Source: Phoronis australis
Lineage: Eukaryota > Animalia > Phoronida
Assembly (NCBI GenBank): GCA_002633005.1
Contig: NMRA01000452.1
Location: forward strand, 158,270 to 222,269
Length of the DNA: 64,000 nucleotides
Direction of reading: 5' to 3'
Below are positions 38,701 through 53,443 of this stretch, one piece after another (the first letter of the stretch is position 1; each line of letters opens with the position of its first letter). Under the pieces are notes generated by a model. That model had not been told where the DNA came from and did not search any database. It saw only the letters and a program-made list of their open reading frames with translations. A program made the position numbers and the translations under genes.

Positions 38701-41700
38701 TTGGTGATGTTGTTACTGGAGGTGAATAATAGTTACAAAACAGTCATGACAAGAGTGGTGCTTGTACTTGGATGTGGGCAAGCCACTGCCAAACGTAATC
38801 GCAATATTTTACAATTAATTTTGTATTAAACTAAGCTAAGTATTGTAGGACTGCAACGCAAACGCTGTAAACCAAGGTTGAACTTTTATAATCTTGCTGA
38901 AGCCTGGCATTCTGGGAGGCTTATGCTTTGAATTTCCCCACATTTTACTCGCATATTTCAAGCAGTTTCTTGTTGCAGTGGTCTGCAAACATTCGTTTGA
39001 AGCTAGGGTAGATGACAAATTGCTTGTTTCTAGGGATTATCATACTCTGCTGTATTGAATTGGTACAAATCTCTGACATAGATTGTCAACTGCTGTTAGT
39101 TCTGTTGTTACCCACCAGGTGGTTGACCTGCATGTTAACTGCTAGCAAATAAATTTCGCAGCCTAGTCCAGTTGTAGTTAGTCATGCTCTGCACAGTGTG
39201 ACCGTGTTCAGTTTTTCAAGGAGCTAATCTGTTGGTAAATTCCAACATCTACCTTTTCGAAATGTACATGGTAAAGCTTTGATCTGGCGCCCTCAACTTT
39301 TGTTTGATGACCTGGTAGTATCTGAAGTTGAAACGCACGTATCTGAACACCTATTCAGAAAACTAGCAAGTAAACAGATAGGGGTCGGGTTTTTTGCTGC
39401 CAAAAATGGAAGGGCCCAGGTTTAAGATGGTCAGGACACCAGTCATTTGTGTCCTGTGTGGGAGACCCTCATTTTTTGCAAACAAATACGTCACATTTTT
39501 ACTGTACTAGGCACAAAGTGGAAGGACAATTGGGATAACTCAGTAAAACGAGATAGATGTGTAGATGATTAGGAGGAACAATAAGCGCATGTAATTAAAG
39601 CAAGCATTAGCATCAGTTGGCCGTTGTGTACATTTATTGATTTCCCAATTTTAATACAGCTGAAGATGATGTCGAGACAACAGTAACTCTGGCAATGTAC
39701 TCATGGACGATAGTGGTGCCCTCTTGTGAGCAACACTCATGGATAACAATATTTTGGCATTGTGCTGTGGGTGACATGGTTCCTTTTCGTTGAGGAAAGC
39801 CTGTTAAGTGACATAGTAGTCCACATGCGTGGATAACTCGCCATTAACGCATTAGAACACGTAGCGTCTCCAAAATTGTTTTTTAGTTGTATTGCACTTG
39901 TGAAGAGCATATTAAGAGTAACAATTTCTTCCGTGAAAGATATGTTTTAAAACCAAATTAATACTTTTCTACGTTCAAATAGTTTGCCGCTGCTACCTTT
40001 GAAAAATGTTCCGTTTAAGGCTGTGTTGTTAAAGCACTGATTGATGAAGCTGGGGAATTATGACGTTGACTCGTTGGAAATAGGTGATATTTCACCTTAC
40101 TGAAGTATGTGAAGTTTGCTAGACCTTAATTGAACTGACTTTAGGCGGTGACAGTTTTGTACTCTTGCATTATGTCATCTAAAAACGTCCGGTGTTGACA
40201 ACAAAACCCTTCAATAGATTTATGGATAGCAATATATCTATAAAACACTCGTGTATAATACTAGTTAAAAAATACTCTGGTAGATGGATAAAATGGTTAT
40301 TGACGACGACGTTCTATTTTTCTTGTCATCCGTAGCTATTTCCCACACAAGTGCTATCCACCTGTGCATATTTAAATAGTTTTATCCGGCAGTGTGGGCA
40401 GTGTGCACACGTACTTTTGTATAACTCTAAAGAACACAGCTATGGAGAACAATATCTGAAAGTTTTTACACTGTAGAGAACACCCTTGCGTGTTACTGCA
40501 TTAGAATGCTGTTACTAGCAGTGGTATTATTGTGGCACATTCTTGAATAGCAATAGTTCAAGAACCACTTGTGAACAACACTATGCAGTCAGTTGTACCA
40601 GTGCCTAGTTTTTCAACATGGCGGAGTGGAACCTTTCTGTTAAGTCGCATCCTCTCAACAGGGAGAATTACTCTTCAACCTAATTACTCCAGTGCTGTCC
40701 AAACACAATGGGAGTTTAATGAAATCTACATAGTCGAATTAACTGGCGTTGGCTTGGACTTCATTCTAGCTCATTAGAACCGTTCACCATGGTTACCGTG
40801 TGTTGTCAGATTCGTTGATAGGCTTTTGAAAGATGTTTGATTTGTCGAGCTGCTTTCAAATGGTAAAAAAAAACTGATTAGAAATTCAAATATTCGTAGT
40901 TGTCTTAAGCGACATCCGCTGATGTCATTGTTGTGTGCGAGCATTGGCTTTCTAGCAAATATCGGCTGTTTGGTTTAGTACCTCATAAATATTGAGATCT
41001 TCTTGTCTCTGTTTTGCCTGTTAGAAGGCGTATAGAACTTAAGTGACCACGGTGACCAAAAACGATCGAAATTCACAGGATTTGACCTCTTTCACGGAAT
41101 TAGAGATTTCAGATGGAATTTACTTATTTCAGTAGCAGACATCTTAAAGTTCATATTTTTGGTTGTTAATTACTAAAAATTAAGAACATAGCTCATCAAA
41201 TTCCACAATTCTGGGCACAAATCAATCGACATTTCACAGCAGACATGTCAATGTTCTCCACGGCCTACACTTAGCACGGTAACTGTTCTGTTTGTACATG
41301 GGGCTCGGGACATGCCCTCATCAGGGACTCACTCTCTGATACAGGGCTGCCAGCTGGTACAGGTTTACCTGGATGTCAGGCACTTTAAGGGCAGAAAAAT
41401 GGTTATGTAGGGGCTGTAAAACGTAAGTGGTTTTGAACTTTTAATACTCTTTAAAAAACTGAATGTTGAAAATAGCTTTAAAGACGCCAGCACTTTGGAG
41501 CACACAATATGGCCGACAGGTGAACAGTCACAAGAATAACTATTTTTGTCTTCCACTAGCATGTTTTTTTTTTGCTTTGTAGTTGTCATAAAGCATTATT
41601 TGGTAAAGTTTCCACTACTTGTAGTTATCAGCCTTTTAAAAATGGAAAAAGTGACAATTTTGGCAATTATTTTTATGTTAAATAACTGGATAATTTCCAT

Positions 41701-43381
41701 AGTCAGACAGGTATGTTGATATGACCACCAGGTGGCGCTAAAGTCTTTACCAGCTAGCCAGTGGCTGCTTATTGTTGATTCTTCCTTATCAGTTTCATTA
41801 CGGTACATTTACTACGCCACTAAACCCCCTCCCCCAACTTTTCTTTCGATGTTACTTCAAGCGCCCACTATATCCGGTCTTAACACTCCAAGGAAAATCA
41901 ATCAATATTATGAAACAGGACACAAATCCACTTGGGGAATTTAGAATTAAAACACTGGTGTTGCTTTCTTGTCAACCCTGGCCGGTGTTGTCGCTTGAAT
42001 TGTGTTGTTTCATTGTGTGGATGTGGTTAACACCATCCCGTTGATGAAATGTCCGCTTTTGGTCACTAGTTTGATATGACGTGCCTGCATTTTGAGAACC
42101 AATTGATGCCCGTTATTCAGTGGAGAAAATTAGCTCTCGAAATGCGGGTCTTTTACATCAGACTTTTGTTCAAATCAATTCGTGCTCTCTTGGTAAATTT
42201 GGATTGAGGGTTCTGTCACATGTCTACAATGCTGGTTACTTGTCCAGCTATACTGGGCCAAGTTGTGTTCATGGCAAATAGTATTGGTAATGATAATAAA
42301 AAAGATCAATCTTAATAACTGTATTGATATGATAATAACAAGATGACAGGAGTGCACTATATCTGTGGGTTTGTTTTCATTCTGAAATATGCCTGTTGGA
42401 ATTAAAAACCTTCAGGGGGGGGTTAGCCCTTTGGCCTGGCATTCCACACTTACGTCAACTGACCGTGTGGACATCAGAGTTCCTGGCTTGAAGAATTGAC
42501 CAGTCACTTTCCCGGGAATCTTGAAAGTTTGCCTGAAGTAGATCTGACCTTGTCATCTTGAGTGGCGACTAGTCCAGTGTCTGGCGCTGCGACAGAGTGT
42601 AGGACGAGGATTGAAGCATTGATGTTACTTGGCAGTGACTCACTGACTCACTTTTCTTGAAGTGCTTCCTCCTGTCTGTGTTGGTTGATCTGCACTTCAC
42701 TAGATACTCTGTGTTGAAACACAGTAATTGCTTGTCTTGACTTGTATTGATTTTTGTGGTCAGCGATTAGAACAGACCTTCCTCCAACCATCCTGTTGCA
42801 TTAAAAGTAAAAAATTTAAAAACCTTTCATGTTTCTGAATATGTTCATACATGTATTATGAGATTTGAGCGAGGCGCTGTTGTAAAATATTGCCTTTTTT
42901 CATCGTCCACTTAAGTTTTACGTAGATTTTGGTCGTACCATCATGAGTTGCTGGTGTGTTCGTAGTTGCACCGGACACGTTTTCTAACGTCTCTGCCAGC
43001 TATGATATAGGAGGGGTCTTATTTATGCTGGTCATGATGTCACTTGTATGGTGTGAGGTATGGTGGTGTCTGGCTGGTCCACCAGGTGGTGTGATTAGTG
43101 CGGACATGACAATACAGTCGTGTTTGATGATTTTGTGTCTTCAGTCACCAGATGGGCTTTCACACCATGGGTTTAAACAGTGGAATGACCTTCAATAGTT
43201 ATCTCCCCCAGGCATGGTTGTAATAAACTCAAGTGCAATGTGGTATTAATGATACAGTTGATTTTCTCAAATGATTAACTAAACAGACAACGAATGCTTT
43301 AGTAAATGTGTCATCAAATAGTGAGACTGTATTGAGGTAACAATATCAATAGCGAATGTGCTTCTACTTTGTCCGTTTCAG

Positions 43382-43475
43382 GTCAGTACAAAAGGTCTTA
43401 ACCCCAATGCCAATGAGTTCCACTCTAAAGCAGACGCTGGCTCCACATGGCAACAGCCAGTAACAAATGGAGAAG
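43382..43475 (+). CDS. LARP4: LARP4 exon carrying the PAM2 motif
   Basis: tttcag|VSTKGLNPNANEFHSKADAGSTWQQPVTNGE G|gtgagt; compare human LARP4 VASKGTGLNPNAKVW. Confidence 0.9.
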
Positions 43476-43993
43476 GTGAGTTGTTATGCTACTTCAAGCG
43501 TTGTTATGATGTAACATGTCGTTTTCTTTGGAAGGATGTTGAGAATACATCACGTTTGTTTACAAGTGACCCATCTATTGGAATCTCTTGGCAAAATTTT
43601 CCCACTGTCACCATCCTACTTGGTTTTATTCTTGCGCAGCGTGCAAGTCATAAGTCTGCCTAGAAAAGTATACAACTATTCTTGTGTGCTGTATGATTGT
43701 GAACGTTGTGGTTGTGGCAAGTTTTTTTTTTAAATTGTACATCTGGGAATTACACGTCAATAATTGATATTTTTATCTAGATATCCTGGTTTTGACATTT
43801 AATTTCAAATTTCGTCCTGAAATTTTCAAAGCAGTAAATGTTGACCTGGGAATTTTCCCTGTGTAGTAGGCAAAAAATGTTAGTATTTAAGCGCAAAAGA
43901 GTTCTTTAATATTATTCAATTCAAAAATGCTGTGTATGAGTGCGTGTGAATTGATAAGTGTTCCTCTATTCAAAACTTGTGTTGTTCCCTCAG

Positions 43994-44125
43994 GTGTCAC
44001 TCTGATGAATGGCGACGGAGGCACGTCTAGTCCACCAACGCCATCTGGTGACCCCGATTACTCCACGTTGAACGGCAATCAGGACTCGCAGAGCGTGGCC
44101 AGTGCAGACTCCGAATCAGGAGGAG
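43994..44125 (+). CDS. LARP4: LARP4 N-terminal region exon
   Basis: Phase 1-1 exon GVTLMNGDGGTSSPPTPSGDPDYSTLNGNQDSQSVASADSESGG with AG/GT boundaries. Confidence 0.85.
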
Positions 44126-46274
44126 GTACGATAGCCGTTGTTTGCTGGGTCACGTGACCACACAATGACGAGATAGTACTTCATGCCATTTTAAGGCGTA
44201 GCCACACAGTGTTCAGTTACTTTTTGTTTGGACGAAAAAAAGAATAAAAACGGTGCGCAGTAAAGCAGTTGTGGAGAAATGTGAGAGTCGTAGGAGTATC
44301 AGCTTGTTTACGTTTTGCGCTAAATTGGCCTGCGGTGCTTCTCATGGTAGTACTCAAGGAGACGGGGTCAACCTTAAACTTGTGCCAATAGATATTGGTA
44401 CCTACACAGACGTCCCTCCTCTTACCGCAGTCTAGGCCACTTTTCACCTAAAAATGGAGACTCGAACTTGTTCCTCACTCAAATTTTGAAGTGATTCCCA
44501 GGTTTTTAAGAAGCCAAGAACCCTAGTAGCAGACGAGCTAACACTTGTTTAATAGCAAATAAATAAAAAGCGTTTTGGCGTGGGTTGACTTTAATTGCGT
44601 CTGGTCAGTAAGGGCTGTTTTTATTTCTACAACACATTTTAATTTGGTTTTGTATTTGAAATACAACATTAAAGGGACAGTATCACTGTACGTCTTCATA
44701 TCGTATCTTTAGGATTGTTGGATGGATGGACATTTTGAAGTTATTAGCTTTGACCAGAGCCATAGAAGTGTGATATTACAAATTGCCAATTATCACCATT
44801 GTTAGCCAGACATTTGCTGAAATCATGTCGGGGACTTTCTCACTTAAATTCGCATAAAAATACTCTGCCATTTAGTATAGAGTCAGATTTAGGTCAATGG
44901 TATAATGTTATGGTTACGACCGCGAAGGTTCCCAATTTGACTATTCTCAGACAAATCACTTGCCTCGCCAACAATGTCACTTTAAAAGAGTGGGCAGATG
45001 TTAGGTAACTCATTACTATATGTAGGTGACAGACAGTTTCATGTTTACTGCGGTGTTCATAGCATTAATACAACAGTATGGTGTTTAACAGGTGTCTTTT
45101 CATGGTTGTCCGATCAACTTCCTTATTGCTAATTTATTCATCTTGTGTTCTACAAGACCTGATAGTCAAGTGGCGAGAAACAAACTATCCCAGTGCGTTG
45201 TGTCATTTTGGGCTTGTCTGTTGTCACCACAAAATTGTACATCTGGGAATTGCATGTCAACACTCAAACGATTAGCATGTCGTGATTGTCGTTTTGTAGG
45301 TCAAATCATTTGGATAGTTTTCAACCTCCCTTTTTAATAGCTATTTTATGAAGTGTATTCAGGTTGTTGAAAAGAAGTTTTGAACCAATATTTTAAAAAA
45401 TCCATAATTTAAGAAACAAAATATTTTTGTCACTGATTTTCTTAGCTAAAGTTTTCACATTTTTCCTCAATAAAGCATTTTCAATTGTATGAAATACATG
45501 TTTTTCTAAGTGGTCTCGGTATCGGTTGCTTACGTTAGCATTTAAGATGCGAAATTGTTGGAAAAGTAAAAAGTTTTCAATATCTGAAATAGTTGAATTT
45601 TTGCTGCTTACTTGTGCTATATTTGTAATGTAATGTTAAGTTCTATTTGTTTATATGCTTTAGTGGTAATAGTTTTATCTTCATAGTTCAGGTTCCACAC
45701 ATCCCTATGTAGTTGTGTTTTTGATTTTTGCCAACTGAGATACTGGTTATTTAAAGTTGCTGGCCTGAGCTTGGCGAAGGAGGTGTTTGTAACTCAAATT
45801 AAACAATTGTTGTACATTAGACATCAAAACAAATCGTCTTTTATCTTTTTACAAAACATCCCAAAGGTACGTGTACTTGTATTCTCAGACATTAATCATG
45901 GACAATTTTAACCGGTATCCCCAGAAAGTCTGTGGACAAATTCAAAACTGTGATACCTCAAAAATTCCTTTCTAATTTCAATTCAAAACAAATCATAATT
46001 GTAAAAAAGACGAGATTCTACAACTGAAATGCAGGTTTCTGTATCAACATTTTTTCAAGTGATAACTGTATCTGATTGGAAGAACACTTGCTTTGTAATG
46101 TCTAGAGAATCCTGCTGTATCATTGTAATTTGACCCAAGACATGTCACTCGGGAGTAAAAGACATTGTGCGAAATGGTAGGCACTGCTAGTAATGAAAGG
46201 TAATAATCCTAGAGTGACTAGTGTCATCTTGCCAACACACAATTAGCTAATGGCTGTGCATGATTTGTTTACAG

Positions 46275-46350
46275 ACATTGCCCAGGACAACAATGAACTT
46301 ACAGAGCTAAAGAGTATGTTACTTCACCAGCTAGAATACTACTTCTCAAG
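46275..46350 (+). CDS. LARP4: LARP4 exon, start of the La motif
   Basis: DIAQDNNELTELKSMLLHQLEYYFSR, phase 1-2. Too short to appear in the ORF track. Confidence 0.95.
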
Positions 46351-48433
46351 GTGAGTTTTGTACACGGACTCCACCACAGGGGTCACCGAGTGTTGTGTTA
46401 GCTGACCTGTAGGTTGTGAGAATACTCATCGCAGTGTCCTGTTGGCTAACCTGCAGGTTGTGAGTCTGACACTGCGCATTATTCCAATAGCTGACCTGTG
46501 GGTTATGGAAATGGCACTGCACCTTCAGCCAGCTGTAACTTTATGGGGACCCGTGTCCTGTGAAGTGACGTGTCAGGGAGAAAACCTGCTTTGACAGTGA
46601 GAATTTGAAAAATGATCCTGGCTTGTTCACTAATTATACCAAAGCTTTCAGTGTCTAAAATTACTGATTGACTTTACAGCGTCGCGTATGTAACCCTCCC
46701 TCGAAAAATAAAACCATTTTCCTGGTCACACCTAGATAACGGATAAAAATAAAGTCGAGTATTGCTGTTGCCAGGTAGATAATTATAGATAACTGAGAGT
46801 CACAAAAATACACCTCAAAAATAGACTTTCAGGGTCGCAATAAATGAGATATTTTTGACTGTTTTTTGTGAAGACCATTGATCTGCTCACTGGGACATGT
46901 ACTGTAAGCTCAACTTGTACCAGGAGCCTGTTCAGAAAGACATCGTAGGTGTATTTTCCTGAAAATTATCCAATACCAGGCCGGTGGGCGTAGTTTTGGT
47001 GACTGCTAGTTTTGAAAATCTGGTGGATTGTTCTATTTCAATACATATGTGATACGTTTTTTGATGTAAGATTTTCTTTATTTTAACAAGACATTTTATT
47101 TTGGGTTCATGATTTCATTCAAATGGCTGTCATTTAGCCAGGTACTGAATGACTGTAACCAACCATATTGGCGCAATGTTAAACTTAATAAGTACAAACT
47201 AAGAATCCATGTAACATGTACCCACAGTACTTTCACATTTCCGTGCGTTGAGAAACAGTCTTGAGTGAATAGTTAATGATAGTTATTTTCTTTAAATTGC
47301 GTCATACAATGTTTGACACAGTTTCTGAAAATGCACCCACCTTTCCGCAAATACGCCCATTTGATATTTTTGAAAGTCCAGTTTCCGAATATCCACCCTT
47401 GGGCCAATTTTTGTGGATTCTTAGTACAAGTCATTTCTGCTTGTTTGAATATTTCAGCGCTCTTTCAAAAAAGCAAATGAATATTTAAAAGTGTTTACTT
47501 CATAAATAAATCACTGAGCAAAAGCTTGTATGTGTGTTGGTTGTTAAGTCATTTAATTCCATGTCTGCAGAGTCTGCTTTTATTCTTCGTGTTCAATGCC
47601 CGTCACGAACTGTGCGGACTATATTCCCTGACATGTGTTTGTGCTTTTTATCAGCGTCCTGACATTTAAAAGTCACTTAGCAGCCTCTCGTGGACACGAG
47701 AGGATGGCAGCGTTGTTCAGTCATGTTTGTACTGCTTGGTCTAGTGCAGGAAATGTATTAGCGCAGATTGGCCCTTCGTTTGTCTAGTAATGACAGTGGG
47801 GGATGATCGTCTATAGCTTGAACAAATACCGGTTCTGTTTGCACAGTGTAGACTGCTCCATCTCCACACTCACACCCTCATTAACCACTAATTAATTTCC
47901 CGGTGGCAGAATCAGTTGATGTGTCTGCTGGGAGATAAAAAGTTTTGTCTCGGGTTGACGTGTCGCACGATTGTATGGTTTCTAAGTTAATTCGTGTACC
48001 ACGCGACGCGCGTCAGAATTTTCCTTTTCTGGAAACATTTGTAGTGGGTGGATCACTGTAATAAATTTTGCCCTAGGCGTTGTTGATTGCCTGTCGTGTG
48101 CTTTTAAATGATGTGTCTGCGGCCAGATTAAGTGAAATTAGTTTACGTGTCGCACAGTTGTGTAATGTCTGGTTTTGAGTTAATGTGTGTACCACTGCGT
48201 GACTCCTGACACATGTCAGCCGTGTCCTTTTCCATTACCGTGTTCATCAACTAGAAAACCGCTGTGTCATGTGACCACTTAAAGTGGCACTCCAACACTG
48301 CTGGGGTTTTCACTACGACTTCCGTAGCCAGGTCGCTTACTCAAAGACACTCATGCCCAGGGGTAACAGAATAAAGGTGTTTTGACTTCAATTTTTCACA
48401 TAAAAGCGACTCGGGCGATGAGGAATTAAATTC

Positions 48434-48588
48434 CTGGGCCCAGTTGCATAAAAGTTATACGCTGTGTAGCAACAATGACGTCGCGTTATCATGCGTCACG
48501 TTGTTATTGTTGAACAATGATCCTGACGTCATGCAACGATCAAACTTATCCAGCGGGTAACTTTGAAGATTTATGCATCCCAGCCCTG
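48434..48588. mobile_element. Small MITE-like element
   Basis: gggcccagttgcataaa pairs imperfectly with tttatgcatcccagccc. Confidence 0.45.
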
Positions 48589-50209
48589 ATGAATATGATC
48601 CCCTTCCTGAACTGCTCCGTAGCATTTTTGCCGTTCATGTGAACGTAGTACGAAAGCATTTATAGTACGTGGATTTTGGTATTGCCTCACCTCAGCCGTG
48701 CACATGGGTACTGTAGTTTTCAGGTTTTCTGTGGCTTCAGCTTCGTCCTTTGAAAGTCACATACGTTGATTGTAGATGAAGTTACACATCAATTGTAATG
48801 ACTGTTTTCTAGTCGCACTAAATGAGCAGAAGACAGTAACTTGTGTTTTTTCTGTAGAAAAATTATTTCGTGTTAATTACATGTTTCCATCGTGAAAATC
48901 AAATCTTGCTCGCCGCTAGTGCAGAGCAAGAACACGTAAATGACGAAATTATCAGTTGCATCGATCTGTGAACAAATCATGGTGCGAGACCCTTGCTTAT
49001 CTCTAGTAACAGTCAGTCAAATGGCAGGGAATTCATCAGCGATCACAACCTATTAATTTCTCTGTGGGATCCTGTTCATGTGAACTTCATGGATATACGT
49101 TGATTTTTCACTTACTTAGCACACAAGGTGAACTGGTGAAATTTTAGTTTGTGAAATTCATTGACAAAGGTAATGATTAAGAAAATATAGGCTCTTGGCT
49201 TGTCTTGTGCTGTTGATATGTCAAAAAACAACCTTTGGTAAGGTTTCTATTGAAGTAAGGTATTCGGCTTGAAAATTTGATAAATTACATTTTTGTTAAT
49301 TATATTTTCTGTGGTGCAACCAGTTGTTCTCTATCTCAACCTGTGTTTTTCATCAGCCATTTTCCTGACATGTTTCAGTTAGAGCTCTGGTACAGGGTTT
49401 GCTAGGTTCCTGTGGCAGATAGCCTTTGGAAAGATTTCTTATTCGCCTAAGCATAATGGAATTACTGGATATGAAATTTCAATAAATATTTAATCCCCCA
49501 TCTATTGCCTATGGGTGTCCCTTAGTAAATTGCTCATGTCCGACTGATTTGCCTCTGAAACAGTTGTTTCCAGTTAATGAGTTTGGGCAAAAACAATCTT
49601 CAGAATGCCGAGATGTCATCGCCTAATTTCCTGACTTCAGTTTCCATTTAGTTCATTTGATGGTGCATGATCCTGTCCTCAGTGCTTCCTTACAAAATCT
49701 GCGAGAGTCACAGCTCGCCTTTATTGCTCGCTCTGGCGTGTAATGTCCCTCGATCAACGGAGATGTAAAATCAATTGTCATTCGTGTTCCATATCACTTG
49801 TCTAGGCACAAGTGATCGTAATGCAATCTGATTACAGCAGATTAAATTGTTGCTGTCTCGAGCCTGGCTACGACTGTTTTTACGCTTTGAATGAGACATA
49901 ATTATTGATTGATTCACAATGTGGCCTTTTTCGTTGACTAACATTCCCCCATTGGCTTGGAATCCTTTCAGCTCACATGTCTGTTGCACTATGCAATGGT
50001 CTTTACCTAAATCCACACCATGTCTTGCTAATAGTGTTGTACACAATCTGTTCACCCAACTGACGTTTCTTCATTATACTAATTCTTCGTAAATAATGCA
50101 GACACTGAGAAAAGCTATTTCAGGAGAATTGTAGCAATTAGCGTCTAAGGGCTCTATGTATTGTGGACATGTAGTCACCGCCTAATATTGTTTTGGTCGT
50201 AAAATATAT

Positions 50210-50255
50210 ATGTGTGTGCGTGTGCGTGTGTGTGTGCGTGCGTGCGTGTGCGTGC
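50210..50255. repeat. (GT)n/(GCGT)n microsatellite
   Basis: Seen directly. Confidence 0.9.
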
Positions 50256-50462
50256 AGTAAACATTGGATGTTTTTGTAGCGAACTTCACTGAGCACACAA
50301 TTGTGGTTTTCTGGTCAACCATTCCGAGTTCACAAAATACTTGTCTTAGTTGCGGTCTTGCGTTCCTTAAAATATATTGCCAAGTAGGACCGCCTACTAT
50401 TCTGGTGTGGTTACGTGCATGCGCACAGTCGCCATCATTCATGCTCATGTTTCTGTCCACAG

Positions 50463-50599
50463 AGAGAACCTGAACCATGACTCATACCTGGTCTCACAGA
50501 TGGACAGTGACCAGTTTGTGCCCATCTCGACTGTGGCCAAGTTCAACCAGGTCAAGAAGCTGACCAGTGACCTTAGCCTCATTGTGGATGTACTCAGGG
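50463..50599 (+). CDS. LARP4: LARP4 La-motif exon
   Basis: [45 protein letters not shown]; SQMDSDQF is diagnostic of LARP4. Phase 2-1. Confidence 0.97.
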
Positions 50600-53035
50600 G
50601 TGAGTTCAGGCGGCATGACCTCTTGACTTGATGACAGAAACTTAGAGCTTTTTAAATGAATTGAGATGCACAGTCTGGTCTTGTTTTGAAAATAGTTGCA
50701 TGACAAATTTTGTAACTGACAGAACTTGATGGAAGACAAAAATATTCCTGTAAATTCTTTAAGTTTTGTGTTCTAGCGATATATTTGTTATACACTCAGC
50801 GAGTTCACATGTAAGCTTTTTGCGCGGATGAAAAGATTTTTTTTTGTACTTTTCATTGCCTTTGTTTCATTCTTTCCTAATGTGTGTTTTTGTGTGGTTA
50901 GAGTTGTATGTTGAGATCTTCACTAGCTAATTAGAACAGCTGCGTCTGTCTGTGGCTCACGGATACAGCTGCATAGTGTATCCTGATAAGACAAAAAACT
51001 GTTGTATGCATTATAACCAACCACAGTTTTGAGGTAGTAGCGCAACTCTTATCTAAGACTAATAAATTTCTTCAATAGCATTTAAAGGAGTAATGGTACA
51101 TTCATAAAACTATGTTATATTTTAATGTCATTTTGCTTATGAAAACAATGCCCTGATGTTTATAATCCTGTGTCTAGATTCGTTTATAGAAATTGATTTT
51201 CCACGGGGATGGCCATGAATTTCCACAAACATGAATTTTTCTCTTGATTCTCTTGGAAGTTGGTTTCATTATTGTATTGGCTACATAAGCGTGACCTGTG
51301 GGATTTTTTTCTGAGACCTTTTAGCTTGAGAACTCGGCTGTCAGAAATGAAGATGTGGCCATTCCTTGAAAAAAAACAACATAATATTTTGACCTTGAAC
51401 AGAAGAGCTTGCAGGCTGGTCTTGAAAGAAAATCTCCGACTCTTATGACCTAATAGAATAAAAAATTGAAATTTACAAGGTTTGTGCAAACAAAAAAATG
51501 GTGATATCTGGGCATTGTGTTTGCGCTCATTATGATCAAGCAACTAGAAAAGTTGTTTAAAGCTGTGTTAAGCCTCTGTTTAGCCATCCATGTTGAATTC
51601 TTAATAGAAGCGTTAAGTGGTTTAAAAAGATTACTAAACTCGACAAGTCTTGAATTATTGTTGAACAAGCTGGTAACTCAAGTCACAGACAATGCATTCA
51701 CGCTCAGTTTCTGAATCTGCAGTTTTAGGGACTGGTAAACCCTAACAAACTCTTAAGCCTGTTCCTCGATTCCCATGGTTTTTTGGCTACAAAAATGGAA
51801 TCAATCACAGTAAGGATTATTTTAAGAGCTATTTTACGAGACTGAAAGGTCTAGTTTGATTTTTTTGCTTTTTAGCCAGGCAAACGATAAAATGCCTCTG
51901 TAAAAATTAGTTGGAAGCTAAGGTTTCTGGTTACTACGAATGTGGGCTTTTGCTTGATTGATGAGAAATTTTTTTCTCTCTCAAGTTGTCGTTCAGTGCA
52001 CTTTAGATATTAGCTTTGAGTTTGTATTTTCGTGGGCAGTTATATTTTTGCAATCCATTGCCGCTTTTATCATGCGGTCTAAAAATAGTAAAAGTGTTGC
52101 TGGCTTAATTGTTTTCCCATCCCGTTTTCATTGACCTAGGTTTCCCTGCTCCTGCGTTTCTTCTGAAGTGGCAGTATTTTTGTGTCTAACAATTACATAG
52201 ATATAAATTAGCTACATAATTGCAGAACTGAATTTAGTCTCTGGCCCTCTGATGTGACACTTTACGCATAAGATTGATTCTGGTTAAATTTTGTACCTTT
52301 TTTTTACTGGTGCTAATAATGGAAACTAGAGTGAGAATAGTATTGAGTGGGTCTCCCTGTGCAGTTGTTGGCTTGCCTGGCAAATCGTCCATCACTCCTG
52401 TTTTGAAATGAATACTGCCAGTTGGTAATTTGAGACGTTTATGCATATGAACCTTCTGAACATGCTGTGTGAGTGAAGCACCTGTCTCTGCTCAAAGCCA
52501 AGTGACTCATAACTAAGTCGCATTAACCGCGGTGCACTCAACGTGCTGACTCTTATCTCATGCGCACTCGACGTGCTGACTCTTAACTCATGACACGGCA
52601 AACGACATGTATTTGATAGCGAAATAACGAGGCTCCCCCCACGGGAAATCTAGCAGATTTTGAACAAATTGAGACTAATCGTGATGGTGAACCATTTCCG
52701 TCGTACCTTAGAGGAAAAATACTATAATCTGCTGTCTTCCATTATGACATTTCATGCTTTGATTTTGGCCCCGTTTCTCTTCAAAAAATACAAAATCATG
52801 CAACCTTGGATAATCAGGCCAAAAAGTTAATCTGCAGCAATTAAAGAAATCCCCGTAAGTATAGAGTTACGCGTAACTCGCACAGACCCATAGCTTCAGA
52901 TGGGTCAAGTCAAACCTTACCAGTGTATACTGAAGTAATGTGCAGAAGTAAATCTGTATTTATTTATCACATGTCCGTGGGCGATCATTTGGCATTGAGC
53001 AAAGAAAGTCATTTGTTTGAGTCCTGAGTTGACAA

Positions 53036-53138
53036 CCTGACTACTCTGCTACTTGGTCAGTGTATGGCCTGACTACTCTGCTACTTGGTCAGTGTATGGC
53101 CTGACCACTCTGCTGCTTGGTCAGTGTATGGCCTGACT
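53036..53138. repeat. 32-bp tandem repeat, 3 copies
   Basis: Unit cctgactactctgctacttggtcagtgtatgg. Confidence 0.95.
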
Positions 53139-53443
53139 GGTGTGTGTAAGGCCATGATTTAAAGCAACCCCGTGAAATGTTTAGTTTTCGTTATAAGATT
53201 GAGACTACATTTGAAAGGTGGGCCTCATTGCACTTAGGTGCAAAGATATTTCGCAAAATTGTGCTCTCCAACACTTTCCACCTACAGACTATTTCAAGTA
53301 ATTGAAAGGATTGGCATTGGAGTATTGAGTACGTGCGGTAGTGTGTGATTTATTTTCCGTTTAAAGCAATTATTGCTGGAATATTTGCACAATTGCTCAA
53401 CAATGAAATATGATCTCTTGACCTTTGGCTCGTGCCGTTGCAG

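Noticed and set aside
51082-51625. ttaaagg-starting Kolobok-like end (similar starts near 44669 and 58212)
   Set aside because: No matching right terminus could be identified by eye, so boundaries are unsupported.
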